Source of the DNA: Leucoraja ocellata
Lineage: Eukaryota
NCBI GenBank assembly: GCA_036785375.1
Contig: JAWMAR010000543.1
Span: forward strand, 124,001-188,000
DNA length: 64,000 bases
Direction of reading: 5' to 3'
Each line of letters starts with the position of its first letter. The stretch's first letter is position 1. The position numbers and the translations under genes were made by a program. A model generated the notes under the pieces. It saw nothing but the letters and a program-made list of their open reading frames with translations, was not told the origin of the DNA and searched no databases. Positions 49,810-60,780 of this stretch are shown piece by piece.

Positions 49810-50520
49810 AAACCTAGGCTTGGTTTCACCTACCATGTGGAGAGGCTGGGAAGAACATTGGTCAAGCTACAACCGGGGTACTGCGTTTAGTTCTGGTGCC
49901 ATGCTGTAGAATTGTCATTGCTGGAAGGGTGCAAAGAAGATTGCATTGTTGCCTAGTTTGGAGAACTTCAACTGAGGGAAGAGATTGTATAGGCTGGGCT
50001 TGTTTCCTATAGAATGATCAAGGCTGAGGGGTGACTGATGTATGTACATGAGTTTATAAGAGATATAAAAAGGGTAGATGGTCAAAATCTTTTTGCATGG
50101 TAGGGGTATCGAAACAAAAGGGCAAAGGTTTAAGGTGAATGGAAGAAGTTTCACAGGAGTTCTGAGGAGTAAGTGAGAATGTATAGTAAGGAACTGCAAA
50201 TGCTGGTTTACACCGAAGATAGATGCAAAATGCTGGAGTAACAACGGATCAGGCAGCATCTCTGGAGAAAAGGAATAGGTGACGTTTCAGACTTAGAATG
50301 CGAATGGTTGATGCTTGAGAATGTGCTGCCAGAGGAGGAGGTGGAAGCAGATACAATCACTAGCGTTAAGAGGTATTTATACAGACACTTAAATAGGCAA
50401 GGCATAGAGTATATGGACTTAAAGTAGGCAAATGAGGTTAGTGTAGATGGACAAAAATAATCGGCATGGACGTGGTGGGCTAAATGGCCCATTTCTGTGC
50501 CATACAACTGTCTGATTCTA
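49810..50520 (+). mobile_element. Decayed CR1 3' fragment with nested PLE terminus (~50180-50290)
   Basis: CR1 C-terminal and tail signatures, with aaggaactgcaaatgctggtttacaccgaagatag... inserted. Confidence 0.7.
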
Positions 50521-52596
50521 TGATAACAATGCAGATTTACAGACTATGTATACATGTTCAAGAGTGATACAGGAATAGGCAGATATGTAGATGTGTTAAA
50601 TGCAGATTCCAATGGAGCACAAGCACCAGCAAAAACCAGCAAATGGCCTGCTTGTGGTGGGGAACGTTTTGTGTAACTCTGTGTCTTGCGATGAGAGGCT
50701 GTGCCTTGTGCCCACACAAGCAGTCTGACAACTCTGCAATCTGTTCAGAGTCTGCTCCGTGAAGCGCACAATGGGCTGATTGTGCCTGGGCTGCACCCGG
50801 ACAATCGGAATAAAGTTTGCAGCTTAAAACTGGAGGACACACATGGCCCCTGCATACTGATTGCCCAACCTTCCATCTGTTTGATGACCTCCCCATTCTC
50901 TGAAACCTTCCTCTTGTCGGGTTCATATTACCCTCCAAATTACTCAGCCCACTTTCATTGTTCGCATTACTCAGGGTCCCCCTTTGTGCAGTGACGAGTG
51001 TTATCCTCCCCTGGGAGTTAGGGACGGGCTGCTTCCTGAGATGGCAGCTGCCCCTTTCCCCCGTGGAGAAGGCAGAGTTAGCGAATGAGACACAGTGAGG
51101 GAAGTGGGGAAACGGTGGTAATTAAGGACAGACTGCAGGAAGTACCAGAATGTTTTGGAGACAGTGCAGAGGTGAATGGATGAGATTTAGGTAATGGTTC
51201 TGATGAAATATTTACCAGGTAGTTCCTACAGCCTGCTGTCAATGACCACCCACCTGGTGAAAGCGGGGTGTTATAGTGGCGTTGGCATGGTCCCAGGATA
51301 TGTGGGCAGGGAGGAGAGGCAGGCATTGCAGACACACCTGCCTCAGGTGCTTCACTGAGAATGCGGGTGTGGTATGTGGGCTGACAAAGATGATTGATCT
51401 CCCTCAGCTGATGAGCCATGTGTACAGAACTGTTGCTGTCAGCTCTGCATGTACATAAACACCTGTTGCCCTGCTACACTTCCTATCTCAACACCATTTA
51501 TGATTTGGAGCCCAGCTTGGAATCAAAGTGGGAGGGACAGAGACAAAAACAAGAGTCCTGGTTTCAGTCTCTTGAGGAAATCAATTGAAAACAGTGAAGC
51601 ATCATACTGGGCAGTAAATTCCGTTGCTGGACATTTGGGGCATGGTATGGTGGAGACGCCCCTCAAATTAAATTAAGGGAAGGTATCCCACGCCAGGGGG
51701 CCACATGAGTGGCACGGGTGGGGGACATTTTTTGTGGAAATGAAAATGTCAGATGGAATTTTCGCACTGTGTAAACATTGTATATATTTATTACTTGGAC
51801 AGGGGCCACAGAGTGGCACGGGTGGGGGAATGTTTGGTGAAATTAGACAAATGTAAAAAAATTGTGCTGGAAAAACTTGTATAGTCTCCGAAAATGTCGG
51901 ATGAATTTTGTTTGTTTGAATGGTTCAGGAATTGTATATATTTATCAATTGAATAAAGTCTATTTTGAAATTTAAAAAAAATAAAAAATACTGGTCAGTA
52001 AATAAACCAGGGGTCCAACCTTCCCCTGCTAGGTTGGTAAGGTCCCAGGAGATGTGGGCAGGGAGGGGAGGCAGATATTGCCCACACACTCTGCCTGTGT
52101 GGCTGCACTGAGCACATGGATGTGAGAGAGCTATTACAAGACACTGCCTCAAACACTGGGGCCCACACTCATCCCATCAACAAGCTCTTGACAAGATAGA
52201 TGAGGCACAAGGAACTGCAGATACCGTTTGACCAAAAAAGACACAAGGTGCTGGAGTAACTCAGTGGGTCAGGCAGCATCACTGGAGAACATAGATAGGT
52301 GATGTTTTGGTTTGGGACTCTTCTTCAGACTGATCATCTGTCTAGGGAAGGGTCCTGACATAGCTACAAAATAAGGAACCAATTATTCAACAGAAAGGTG
52401 TGTACAAACGTGTTCTCTCAGAGGTGATGACCTGGAATTATCTGTCTCTGAGAGTGGTGGAGTCCAGATCATTAGATATATTTAAGGTGGAGATAGATAA
52501 ATATTTTAAAGATCGGGAAAGTGAAGACTACGGGGAACTAGCGCAGAAGAGGAACTGTGGCCAGCAGAGATCAGCCAAGATCACACTGCATAACAG

Positions 52597-53342
52597 ATAG
52601 ACACAAAATGCTGGAGTAACTCAGCGGGACAGGCAGTATCTCTGGAGAGACGGAATGGGTGTCGTTTCGGGTCAAGACCCTTCTTCAGACAGATAACAGG
52701 GTAGTGGGCGGTACATAGATAAGGAAATGTATAGATAAGGAATTGTAAGGTGTGGAAACAGGACAAAGGGAATAGAGATCTAGGAACATGTAGAATAGAT
52801 CATTGTTAGTTGGGACAAGGTAACAACAAAGCATGAGATAAATGTAGTCGGAGACAGTAAGACTGGTCAGAGAACTGGGAAGGGGGAGAGGATGGACAGA
52901 GAGACTGAAAGCAAGGGTTACTTGAAGTTAGATAAGTAAATGTTTATACCGCTGGGGTGTAAGCTGCCCAAGCAAAATATGAGGTGCTGTTCCTCCAATT
53001 TGCACTGGACCTCACTCTGACAATGGAGGAGCCCCAGGACAGAAAGGTCAGTGTGGGAATGGGAGGGGGAGTTAAAGTGTTTAGCACCTTCTCCCAACTA
53101 ACAATGATCTATTTTACATTTTTCTTGATCTCTATTCCCTTTGTCCTGTTTTCACACCTTACACTTCCTTATCGATCTACTTCCTTATCTCTGTACCGCC
53201 CACTCCCTTGACAGTCTGAAAAAGGGTCTCGACCTGAAACGTCACCCATTCCTTCTCTCCAGAGATGCTGCCTGCCCCGCTGGGTTACTCCAACATTTTG
53301 TGTCTATCATCGATTTGAACCAGTATCTGTAGTTTCTTCCCA
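52597..53342. mobile_element. Inverted-configuration Penelope-like element with 15-bp TSD
   Basis: ~225-bp inverted pLTR arms around a spacer holding the GIY-YIG 3' end. TSD cacactg(c/t)ataacag at 52582-52596 and 53343-53357. Confidence 0.88.
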
Positions 53343-53533
53343 CACACTGTATAACAGGGCAGGTTTGAGGGCCTAGTAGCCTATTCAAACGCCAATTTCC
53401 TTGTGTTCTCATAGCTATGCCCACCAGATGGAGACTCAAGTGTAAGGAGACCCCTTCAGCTTGTCAAAACCCTGAAACATTTGCCAACATCAGTAAACAC
53501 AAAGTGTGAATGAAAACAATGTCCGGTACTTAC

Positions 53534-53668
53534 TGATGGAACAAATCAAATCCAGGAATCTCTCCTTGGGGAAGATTGGATTTTCCAGGCCTCGGAAATA
53601 CAGCTTCAGGACCCCAGCCACTGAGTTGATATCATGCTCGTTGTGATTTTCCACAAGAGGATCTTCTC
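53534..53668 (-). CDS. SRGAP3: SRGAP3 RhoGAP exon
   Basis: caccag / gtaagt, 135 nt. EDPLVENHNEHDINSVAGVLKLYFRGLENPIFPKERFLDLICSI(K). Confidence 0.95.
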
Positions 53669-55519
53669 CTGGTGTGAAAGTGAAAGGCTTTGTAAGTTGG
53701 TCGGTTCAGTAGGGCAGTTAGGGCTGGCTCTTGTAATGTGAATGGATGATTACAGCTCCAGTCCACAGCAAGAAAGTCCAGGCCTCTGCCAACCTAAACT
53801 AAGAACAGGTCCAAAGTCCGCTGCTCAGCTGGCAGCATTCTTGCTTATGGGTTTTGACCTACGAGAGGAGGGCTAATGCCTCGTGCTGCCCATTCTGGGT
53901 CTACTGGGGGTGAGACAGGACATGATACCCTCCACATCATGACCAAAGTCTGCAACACAGGACATCAGCAAAAAGAGGCAAGCTGGATCAGAAAATATAG
54001 TCTGGATAAAGCAATTTCAGGATTTGTCAAAAGGGGTCCAGTTGGAGTTTGAATACATCATTACTTGTTTCATTGTAGCAAGCTAAAAGTAAAGTACCTA
54101 ATAGGTGGTTGATGGTTGGCATGGACTCAGTATGTCAGAAGCCTCTTTCCATGCTGTATCTCTCTCTGATTATGACTCTATAACCTGGTGGTCCCAGGTT
54201 ATAGAGATGGGTGAACCTCAGACCACAACTGGACAAGTTCTGATTTCACTTCCCATTCGATCTCCCAAGGGATTTATTCTAGGTGAGTGGCTAATTGAAC
54301 CATTTGTCAAAAACGAATTTACTAACAAAAACCAAACACTCATTAAAACTCCATTAAGATGTGTGATCTCCCTTGATGTTGGATAATGAGCCATATGTGA
54401 AGTTTTACTTTTAAAACTGTTAGTGTCAGGGAAACAAAAGCTCTCCATGTACATTCAACGCAACACCACGGCCCCTGCTATAGTTCCCACCTCGATCTTG
54501 ATTCCGATTTGGTGCACAGATTATAATCATAGTGAAATAAACATTGATTTTACCCTAACATCTGTTAATCACAGGGAATTCCACTGAAATGTGTGGGATG
54601 TCAAAGTAAGCTTGAAATAAAGCAGTAATCCCACCATACCTTTGTCAAGTCAGAAGCACTCGATTAGAATTACACCTTGGAATCATAATTCCTTATGTCA
54701 CAGAATCAGGGCATTTTGCCCATCGAGTCTGTGCCACCTCACAAAGCCATCCCATTTCTATTTCCTGTAATCTCCCCACATTCCCATCAACCATTCAGAT
54801 CCACAAACGCCATTTTCACTGGCCAGTTAACCTACCAGTATACATGTTTTTGCGATGCGAGAGGAAACCAGAGTACCCAGGGGAAACCCACACTGTTACT
54901 GGGAGAACGTCGATGAATGCACAATCAAATAAGATGAAATAGAGTAAGTTGTCCTACAACTTTAGGCTGTGCATGCTATACGCAAGAAGAAGAAGAAGAC
55001 TGGGAGAACGTGCAAATTCTGCACCGGGAACGCCCGAGGTCAGGATCGAACCTGGGTCACTGAAGCTTCTACCCAGGGCGACCTTAAGCCGATTGGACCA
55101 ATTGCTCCCCTAAGGGGGGCCCGCGCCAGAGTAATCTACTCTCGGCTCAGGTAGATCTACCTCGGGTGGAGGGGGGAGAGAGGGGTAGAAGGGGAAGGGG
55201 TGTGAGGGGGAATGGAGAAGGGGGAGAAGGAGTCGTTCCCTCACGGTCCTGGGGCAGCGCTACTGCCCTTCCAGTCGCCGTGCTTCACGCACAAAGCCCC
55301 GCCTCCTCTCTCTCCCGCGGTGAACAATACAGGGAGGGCTGGGCCGGGGGTTGGTGCAACGTTTACAAACTCGGTCTCTGCTCACACCCAGACCCCGGCA
55401 CCCGCTCCTGCCCTCTCCTTCCTTTCTCTTCCTTCCCTTCTCTCCTCCCCTTCTATCCCCCCCTATCTTTTTCCCTCCCTCCCCTCCTTCCCTCCTTCCC
55501 TCCCTCTCTCTCTCTTCCC

Positions 55520-55905
55520 ATACCAGACACAGACCACCTTGGCCAGGCTCTCATCACATTACTACCATGAGGAAGAATTTACAGGAGCCTGAGAACCGTG
55601 ATCTCCAGGTTCAAGAACAACGTCTTTACAGCAACCATCAGACTCTTGAACACTGCACAATCTAATCACAATCTTACCCCAGCAACTAAGATCTACTATG
55701 ATCTTTGTTTTGCCTGTACTATGTACTTTGGTTTTGTGCTACTATAGTTTAGTTAGCTTCTATTACTTACTATTAATTAATTGTATTATTGATTATATTT
55801 TATATTTATTTGTTGTTATTGCATTAACAGGCCTATAAAGCTTCAGCGTAAGAACTTTATTGTTCCATTGCTGGTACATATGAGAATTATACATTGACTC
55901 TTGAC
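55520..55905 (+). mobile_element. Rex/Babar-L2-type LINE 3' fragment, decayed
   Basis: accaccttggccaggctctcatc...acaggagcctgagaacc...ggttcaagaac, ending ttgactcttgact. Confidence 0.7.
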
Positions 55906-56041
55906 TAAATGGCAGGAGTAAATACACATTACCACTGTGTATTTACCTGAACGTCACATTATAGAATCAACGGTACATTGAGATGTCCAGAACGCTTTAA
56001 CAGAGTAAAGTCCCGGTAGGGACTAGGCACCTGAAACTAAC

Positions 56042-56119
56042 CTCTCTCAAAAGCATTCTTGATGTCATTGACTTCACTCTGAGAACCTGGAACTCGGAAA
56101 ATGCCTTGTTGTTGTAAAC
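56042..56119 (-). CDS. SRGAP3: SRGAP3 RhoGAP exon with arginine finger
   Basis: tttcag / gttagt, 78 nt. (G)LQQQGIFRVPGSQSEVNDIKNAFER(G); GIFR is the catalytic motif. Confidence 0.95.
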
Positions 56120-56421
56120 CTGAAAACAGAACAGACATTTCAACTCAGAAATCCAGAGGGTTTGCTACTATTAACCTGGTGGAACCTAAATTAAATTAAT
56201 TTCATAACTGTATACAGTAACTTTTCTGGGATGGTGCAGGGTCTTTTTACAATAACTCCAACATCTTGGTAACCAGAGAAGATCAAAAACCATCAATTTG
56301 TCTTTATTGGAAGTGGATGGTTCTTACATCTATAGGCCATTTGATCCATCAACTCTATGCAGCTCTCAGCAATCCTATTCTCCACTAGTTTTCCCTGTAA
56401 CATATTCTCTCAAATTTCCAT

Positions 56422-57010
56422 CTATAGTATAGTATAGTATAGTATATCTTTATTGTCATTTTCCCGAGTACTCACATACCCAGAGGAAACAAAAAAACGT
56501 TGCTCAACCAGTGTCCATTCAGTGTGCAGTAAAAAATAAATAGAAATAAAAATACATATATCTTGAACAAATTAAACACTCTACTCTCTACTAAACATCA
56601 ACAGGCGTTCCGATTGGCAGCGGCACGACAGTGGCTCTGCTGCAGTGTGTCCAGGTTGGTGGTTGGTGCGCGATACTTTGGCAGGCGGCAAAGTCCGTTT
56701 ATCAGTCTTATAGCCTGCGGGAAGAAGCTGAGGAGCATCCTGCTGGTTTTGCAGCTAATGCTCCTGTACCTCTTCCCAGATGGCAGGATGGAGAATATGT
56801 GATGCGATGGGTGGTAAGGGTCTTTGATGATGGAGATGGCTCTGCTGATACATCTCTTCCTGTATATGTCCAGCAGGAAAGGGAGTGGAGCACCAATAAT
56901 CCTGCTGGCGGTCTTCACAATCCTGTCTAGTTGGTGCCGTTCGTACGCCTTGCAGCTCCCGAACCAGGAAGTGATGCCGTAGGTTAATGTGCTCTCGATT
57001 GTCCCCCTAT
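56422..57010 (-). mobile_element. Young Rex/Babar-type LINE 3' end with (TATAC)n tail, inserted in a V-SINE
   Basis: Open frame ...IESTLTYGITSWFGSC...KTASRIIGAPLP...IIKDPYHPSHHIFSILPSGKRYRS...SFFPQAIRLIN, then caataaa and a (tatac)n tail. Confidence 0.88.
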
Positions 57011-57064
57011 TCTACCACCCTCTGCACTTGGGACAATGTACAGTGGCCAATTAACCTTATAACC

Positions 57065-57338
57065 CCTCAGTATAAAAGGACATACCTTTAGAAAGGAGGT
57101 GGAATTTCTTTAGTGAGAGGGTGGTGAATCTGTGGAATTCATTGCGACAGACGGCTGTGGAAGCCGTCATAGGGTGTTTTTTAAAGCGGAGATCGACAGA
57201 TTCTTGATTCGTATGGGTGTCGAAGATATGGGAAGAAGGAACGCGAATGAGGTTGAGGGAAAGATAGATCAGCCATGATTGAATGGCGGAGTAGATTTGA
57301 TGGGCTCAATCACCTAATTCTACTCCTATGACATGAAC
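57065..57338 (+). mobile_element. CR1 3' end
   Basis: agggtggtgaatctgtggaattc...gatcagccatgattgaatggcgg tail. Confidence 0.8.
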
Positions 57339-58811
57339 TTTTGGGATGTGGGAAGAAATCAGAGAACCTGTGGGAACCCCACATGGTCACAGTCAGCACC
57401 CCAGGTCTCTAATTGAACCCAGATCTCTGGCGCTGTGAGAATGTCTACCAGCTGCACAACTATGCTTCTAAATACAAACTCTTTATTTAACAACAGCCAT
57501 TTATTTGCTATTGGCTGTTAAATAGTCTGATTCCATATCTCAGGGACCCATATTTATTTCTTCTAAAGTCTTTCATTTTGCATCACATAAAGGATAGAAA
57601 CAACATGATGGGAATTGTGGAGATCTAAAATGTTTGTGTGAAGTTTCAATTAATTAATATTCATAAAAATAATTGGTACGAGAAGCTAACAAAGCACCAG
57701 GGCCTGATAGACAAATGGCACAAGTTTGTAAAAGAGATGAATGTTTTGATCTTTCAGATTTTTTCTAAATTCTGGAATGATCCCCATGGATTGGAAGTGA
57801 ACAAACTTAACCTTTATGATAGAGAGAATGGGAGAAGGTGTATATGTCGGTTAGCTTGACATTAAGTACAGGCGACTGCATATTACAGCTGTTTGGGCTA
57901 CAGAAATCCGCCCTCGCAAAATTCACAAATCTCTACCCAAAGATTTGAGATACAGAATAAAACATACTCTGAGAAAATTTGTGAAAAAATAGAAACATAT
58001 CATGAGAAAAAATGTATTTTAACATGCTGTTCTTGAATTTTGCACAGAAGACCCTGCTTCACTCTATAGGACTGTGATACGGGCTGGTTTCTGGGAACCC
58101 ACCTCTTCCGTAATGCAGGGATTGCCTGTATTACAAGAATCTATTACTGAGGATGTGGTGCTTGTGCACCGAAAAATGAAGTTTTATGAAAGAGAAATAT
58201 TATTTGTTGAATCTAAAATCATTGTTCTAAGCCTAATTAATCAAATGGGCAAGGGAGAGCAAATGAATAATATATTTGATATATGATATATATGTGAATA
58301 ATATATTTGAACTTTCAGTAGGTATTTTATAAGCTTCTAGATGAGTTTCTAGAACTCTAGAAATTCTAGTTGCCTTCCCTCACAGTGGGAAACGTTGATT
58401 CCGCTGTGTGGGGATATTTATGTTAAATTCTATCGTGTGTTGTGTTCTTTTTTTATTCGTATGGTAACCCAAATTTCACTGTACCAATTGGTGCATGTGA
58501 CAATAAATGTAAACTTGAATTAGAACTTAATCAAATGGGCAAGGGAGAGTAAATGAATAATATATTTGAACTTTCAGTGGGTATTTTATAAGCTTCTAGA
58601 GGAGTTTGGGATACATTCGTTGGATTAATACATCGATATGGTGGAGGATTAAGACGATGGATAGAAAGCAGGGAGCAGGAATAAATGGTCATTTTTCAGG
58701 ATAGGTAAAGATAGAGCATCCCTTACATATGTGCTGGAGCCTTTGCCAATTACGATCTATGTCAAGGGCAGATCTATATCAAGAAAAGTTTTAGATTATG
58801 AATACACTTAC

Positions 58812-58872
58812 CGTAAAGGTTGATGAATCGAATACAGCTCTCCACCACAAGTGGGATGGGTTGTCCAGAGTC
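58812..58872 (-). CDS. SRGAP3: SRGAP3 RhoGAP N-terminal exon
   Basis: tttaag / gtaagt, 61 nt. DSGQPIPLVVESCIRFINLY(G). Confidence 0.94.
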
Positions 58873-59395
58873 CTTAAAAACAAATAGGGGGGATGTCAGA
58901 AATGTGGAGAACTTGCAGCAAGATCACAGACAGAGACAGAGCAGAAGCAGAGGGCAGGGGAGCACTGGGTCTCTCTGTGAACTTGACGTGAGGACCTCTC
59001 TGGCTAATCAGTGCCAGGAAATTTGGTCCAAGAGCTGCCATCATACAAATATCACCATTGGTTCAGAAGTGTCCCATTCTCCAACCACAGAACCCACCAG
59101 AGTGCTTCGTCAAACACATCCAGCTTTGGTGTAGCCGGAGCTATCGTCTCCACCAACTCGTCTAATAATTTGCTTCAATGTTACCATGGAGAATGTGCTG
59201 TTCTTTTCATTCGTTTTACTTGCCTGACATTTGCGGAGTGTGATTTTCCCACTGGGAGTTGTGTGTTAACAGACAACCAGAAACTTTCACTCCATCCACT
59301 CTCAAAGCACCTCACACTCGGGGAAAGTCAAATGAACAATCTTGCTTGGATGTGAACCAGGATTCTAGAGATGGAAGGGCAACTATTCTTCCTAC

Positions 59396-59431
59396 TGTTG
59401 GTGCATTTAAAGTGAAGGCTTGGGAAAGGAA
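59396..59431 (-). CDS. SRGAP3: Candidate alternative 36-nt SRGAP3 microexon (FLSQAFTLNAPT)
   Basis: Long polypyrimidine tract + cag acceptor, ACA/gtagga donor, stop-free, and phase 0-0 like the intron it sits in. No transcript evidence available. Confidence 0.4.
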
Positions 59432-59717
59432 CTGAAGGATACAGAGGCAGAGAGAGATGAAACAGTGTAGCCACACATTGATATGCAGCGTGAGCACGTA
59501 CATGGAGCTGTTTGCCTGAGTGGACTGTTTTTGTGCATTAAGACAATGGAAGCAGTGTTTCCCAGTGTAACTATTTTCTGAAGGAATAAAAGGCACTGCC
59601 ATTTATAATGGAGCATTTCACATCCTTGTGTTGAAGGGTTTCCAAATCAGTAAATGACTTGTAGTCACTGCAGTTATACAAAGACTATACATATTAGGAA
59701 GGTGCCTTCATTATGAA

Positions 59718-59893
59718 TGCTATATTTAAGAGGGAGTTAGATGTGGCCCTTGTGGCTAAAGGGATCAGGGGGTATGGAGAGAAGGCAGGAACAGGATACT
59801 GAGTTGGATGGTCAGCCATGATCATATTGAATGGCGGTGCAGGCTCGAAGGGCCGAATGGCCTATTCCTGCACCTATATTCTATGTTTCTATC
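59718..59893 (+). mobile_element. Short young CR1 3' end
   Basis: atttaagagggagttagatgtggc...ggccgaatggcctattcctgcacc..ttctatgtttctat. Confidence 0.85.
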
Positions 59894-60074
59894 ATGAAAC
59901 ACCACAAATCAAATGCTTGATTGAAGTGGCGAGGGATATTGAGGGGAGGTGAGTAGGTGAGGATACTACTGCGGAGCAGGGCACTGAGAACCGTACAGCA
60001 CAGAAGGGACCATTCACACTTTACCGCCTGTTCAAGAGCATCTGTGTGTCTCACACCTCTGTGCGGGAGTGTGC

Positions 60075-60497
60075 ATCCATGACTGTGCAAGTTTGCGCAT
60101 GTATCTGCATGCATGTTTGTCTATTCTATATTTGTGTGTGTGTGTGTGTGTGTGCTTGTATGTGTGTGCGTCTATGTGGGGGTTTGCATATGTGTGTGTG
60201 TGTGTGTGGTTGTATATATGTGTGTGTTTGTAGGTATGCATGCTTGCATCTGTGCGGGTGCTTGTATGTATGTGTGTATGCTTGTAGGTATGCATGTATT
60301 TGTGTGGTTCTATGAATGCGTGTGTGTGTGCTTGTAGGTATGCATGTATGTGTGTGGGGTTGTATGTATACATATGTGCGTGTAGGTATGCATGTATGTG
60401 TGAGTGGTGTGTATGCGTGTGTGTTTGTATGTATACATGTGTGTATGTATGTATGCACATGTGTTCACTTGTAGGTATGCATGTGTGTGCATGCGTG
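60075..60497. repeat. Compound (GT)n/(GTAT)n/(GCAT)n low-complexity microsatellite
   Basis: Direct reading; it explains the His/Thr- and Cys/Val-rich spurious ORFs here. Confidence 0.95.
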
Positions 60498-60504
60498 GTA
60501 GAGA

Positions 60505-60780
60505 ATAAATTAATCTCTGCAATATTGGCTAAACGTCTGACATGAAATTTAAACTCTTGTTTGTTTGGAAAAAGTTCTGTTTACATTAAATCAATAAAAT
60601 GGCTTTCGATTCCTTTGCATAATAAGCACACTAATTAGGAGGATATGCAAAGCACGTTGAAATGAATGTTAATTAGCCCCTGGACATTTCAGCGACGGAG
60701 ATGGCACAGCAAAACTGGGAATGAGATGAATCAGTTTAATTAAATGCGTTTCAGCCTAGTGGGTTTCCATGGTGCAGCGG
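60505..60780. promoter_or_regulatory. Candidate intronic enhancer / conserved non-coding element
   Basis: Repeat-free block with clustered TGTTTAC, AAATCAATA, two inverted octamer-like sites and three TAATTA sites. Confidence 0.45.

Noticed and set aside
53419-53437. CTCF-like motif (cccaccagatggaga); similar ones at ~2826 and ~25795
   Set aside because: Partial matches like these are expected by chance in 64 kb and cannot be supported without a PWM scan or ChIP data.
60032-60545. Several long His/Thr- or Cys/Val-rich ORFs
   Set aside because: They are translations of a GT/CA compound microsatellite.
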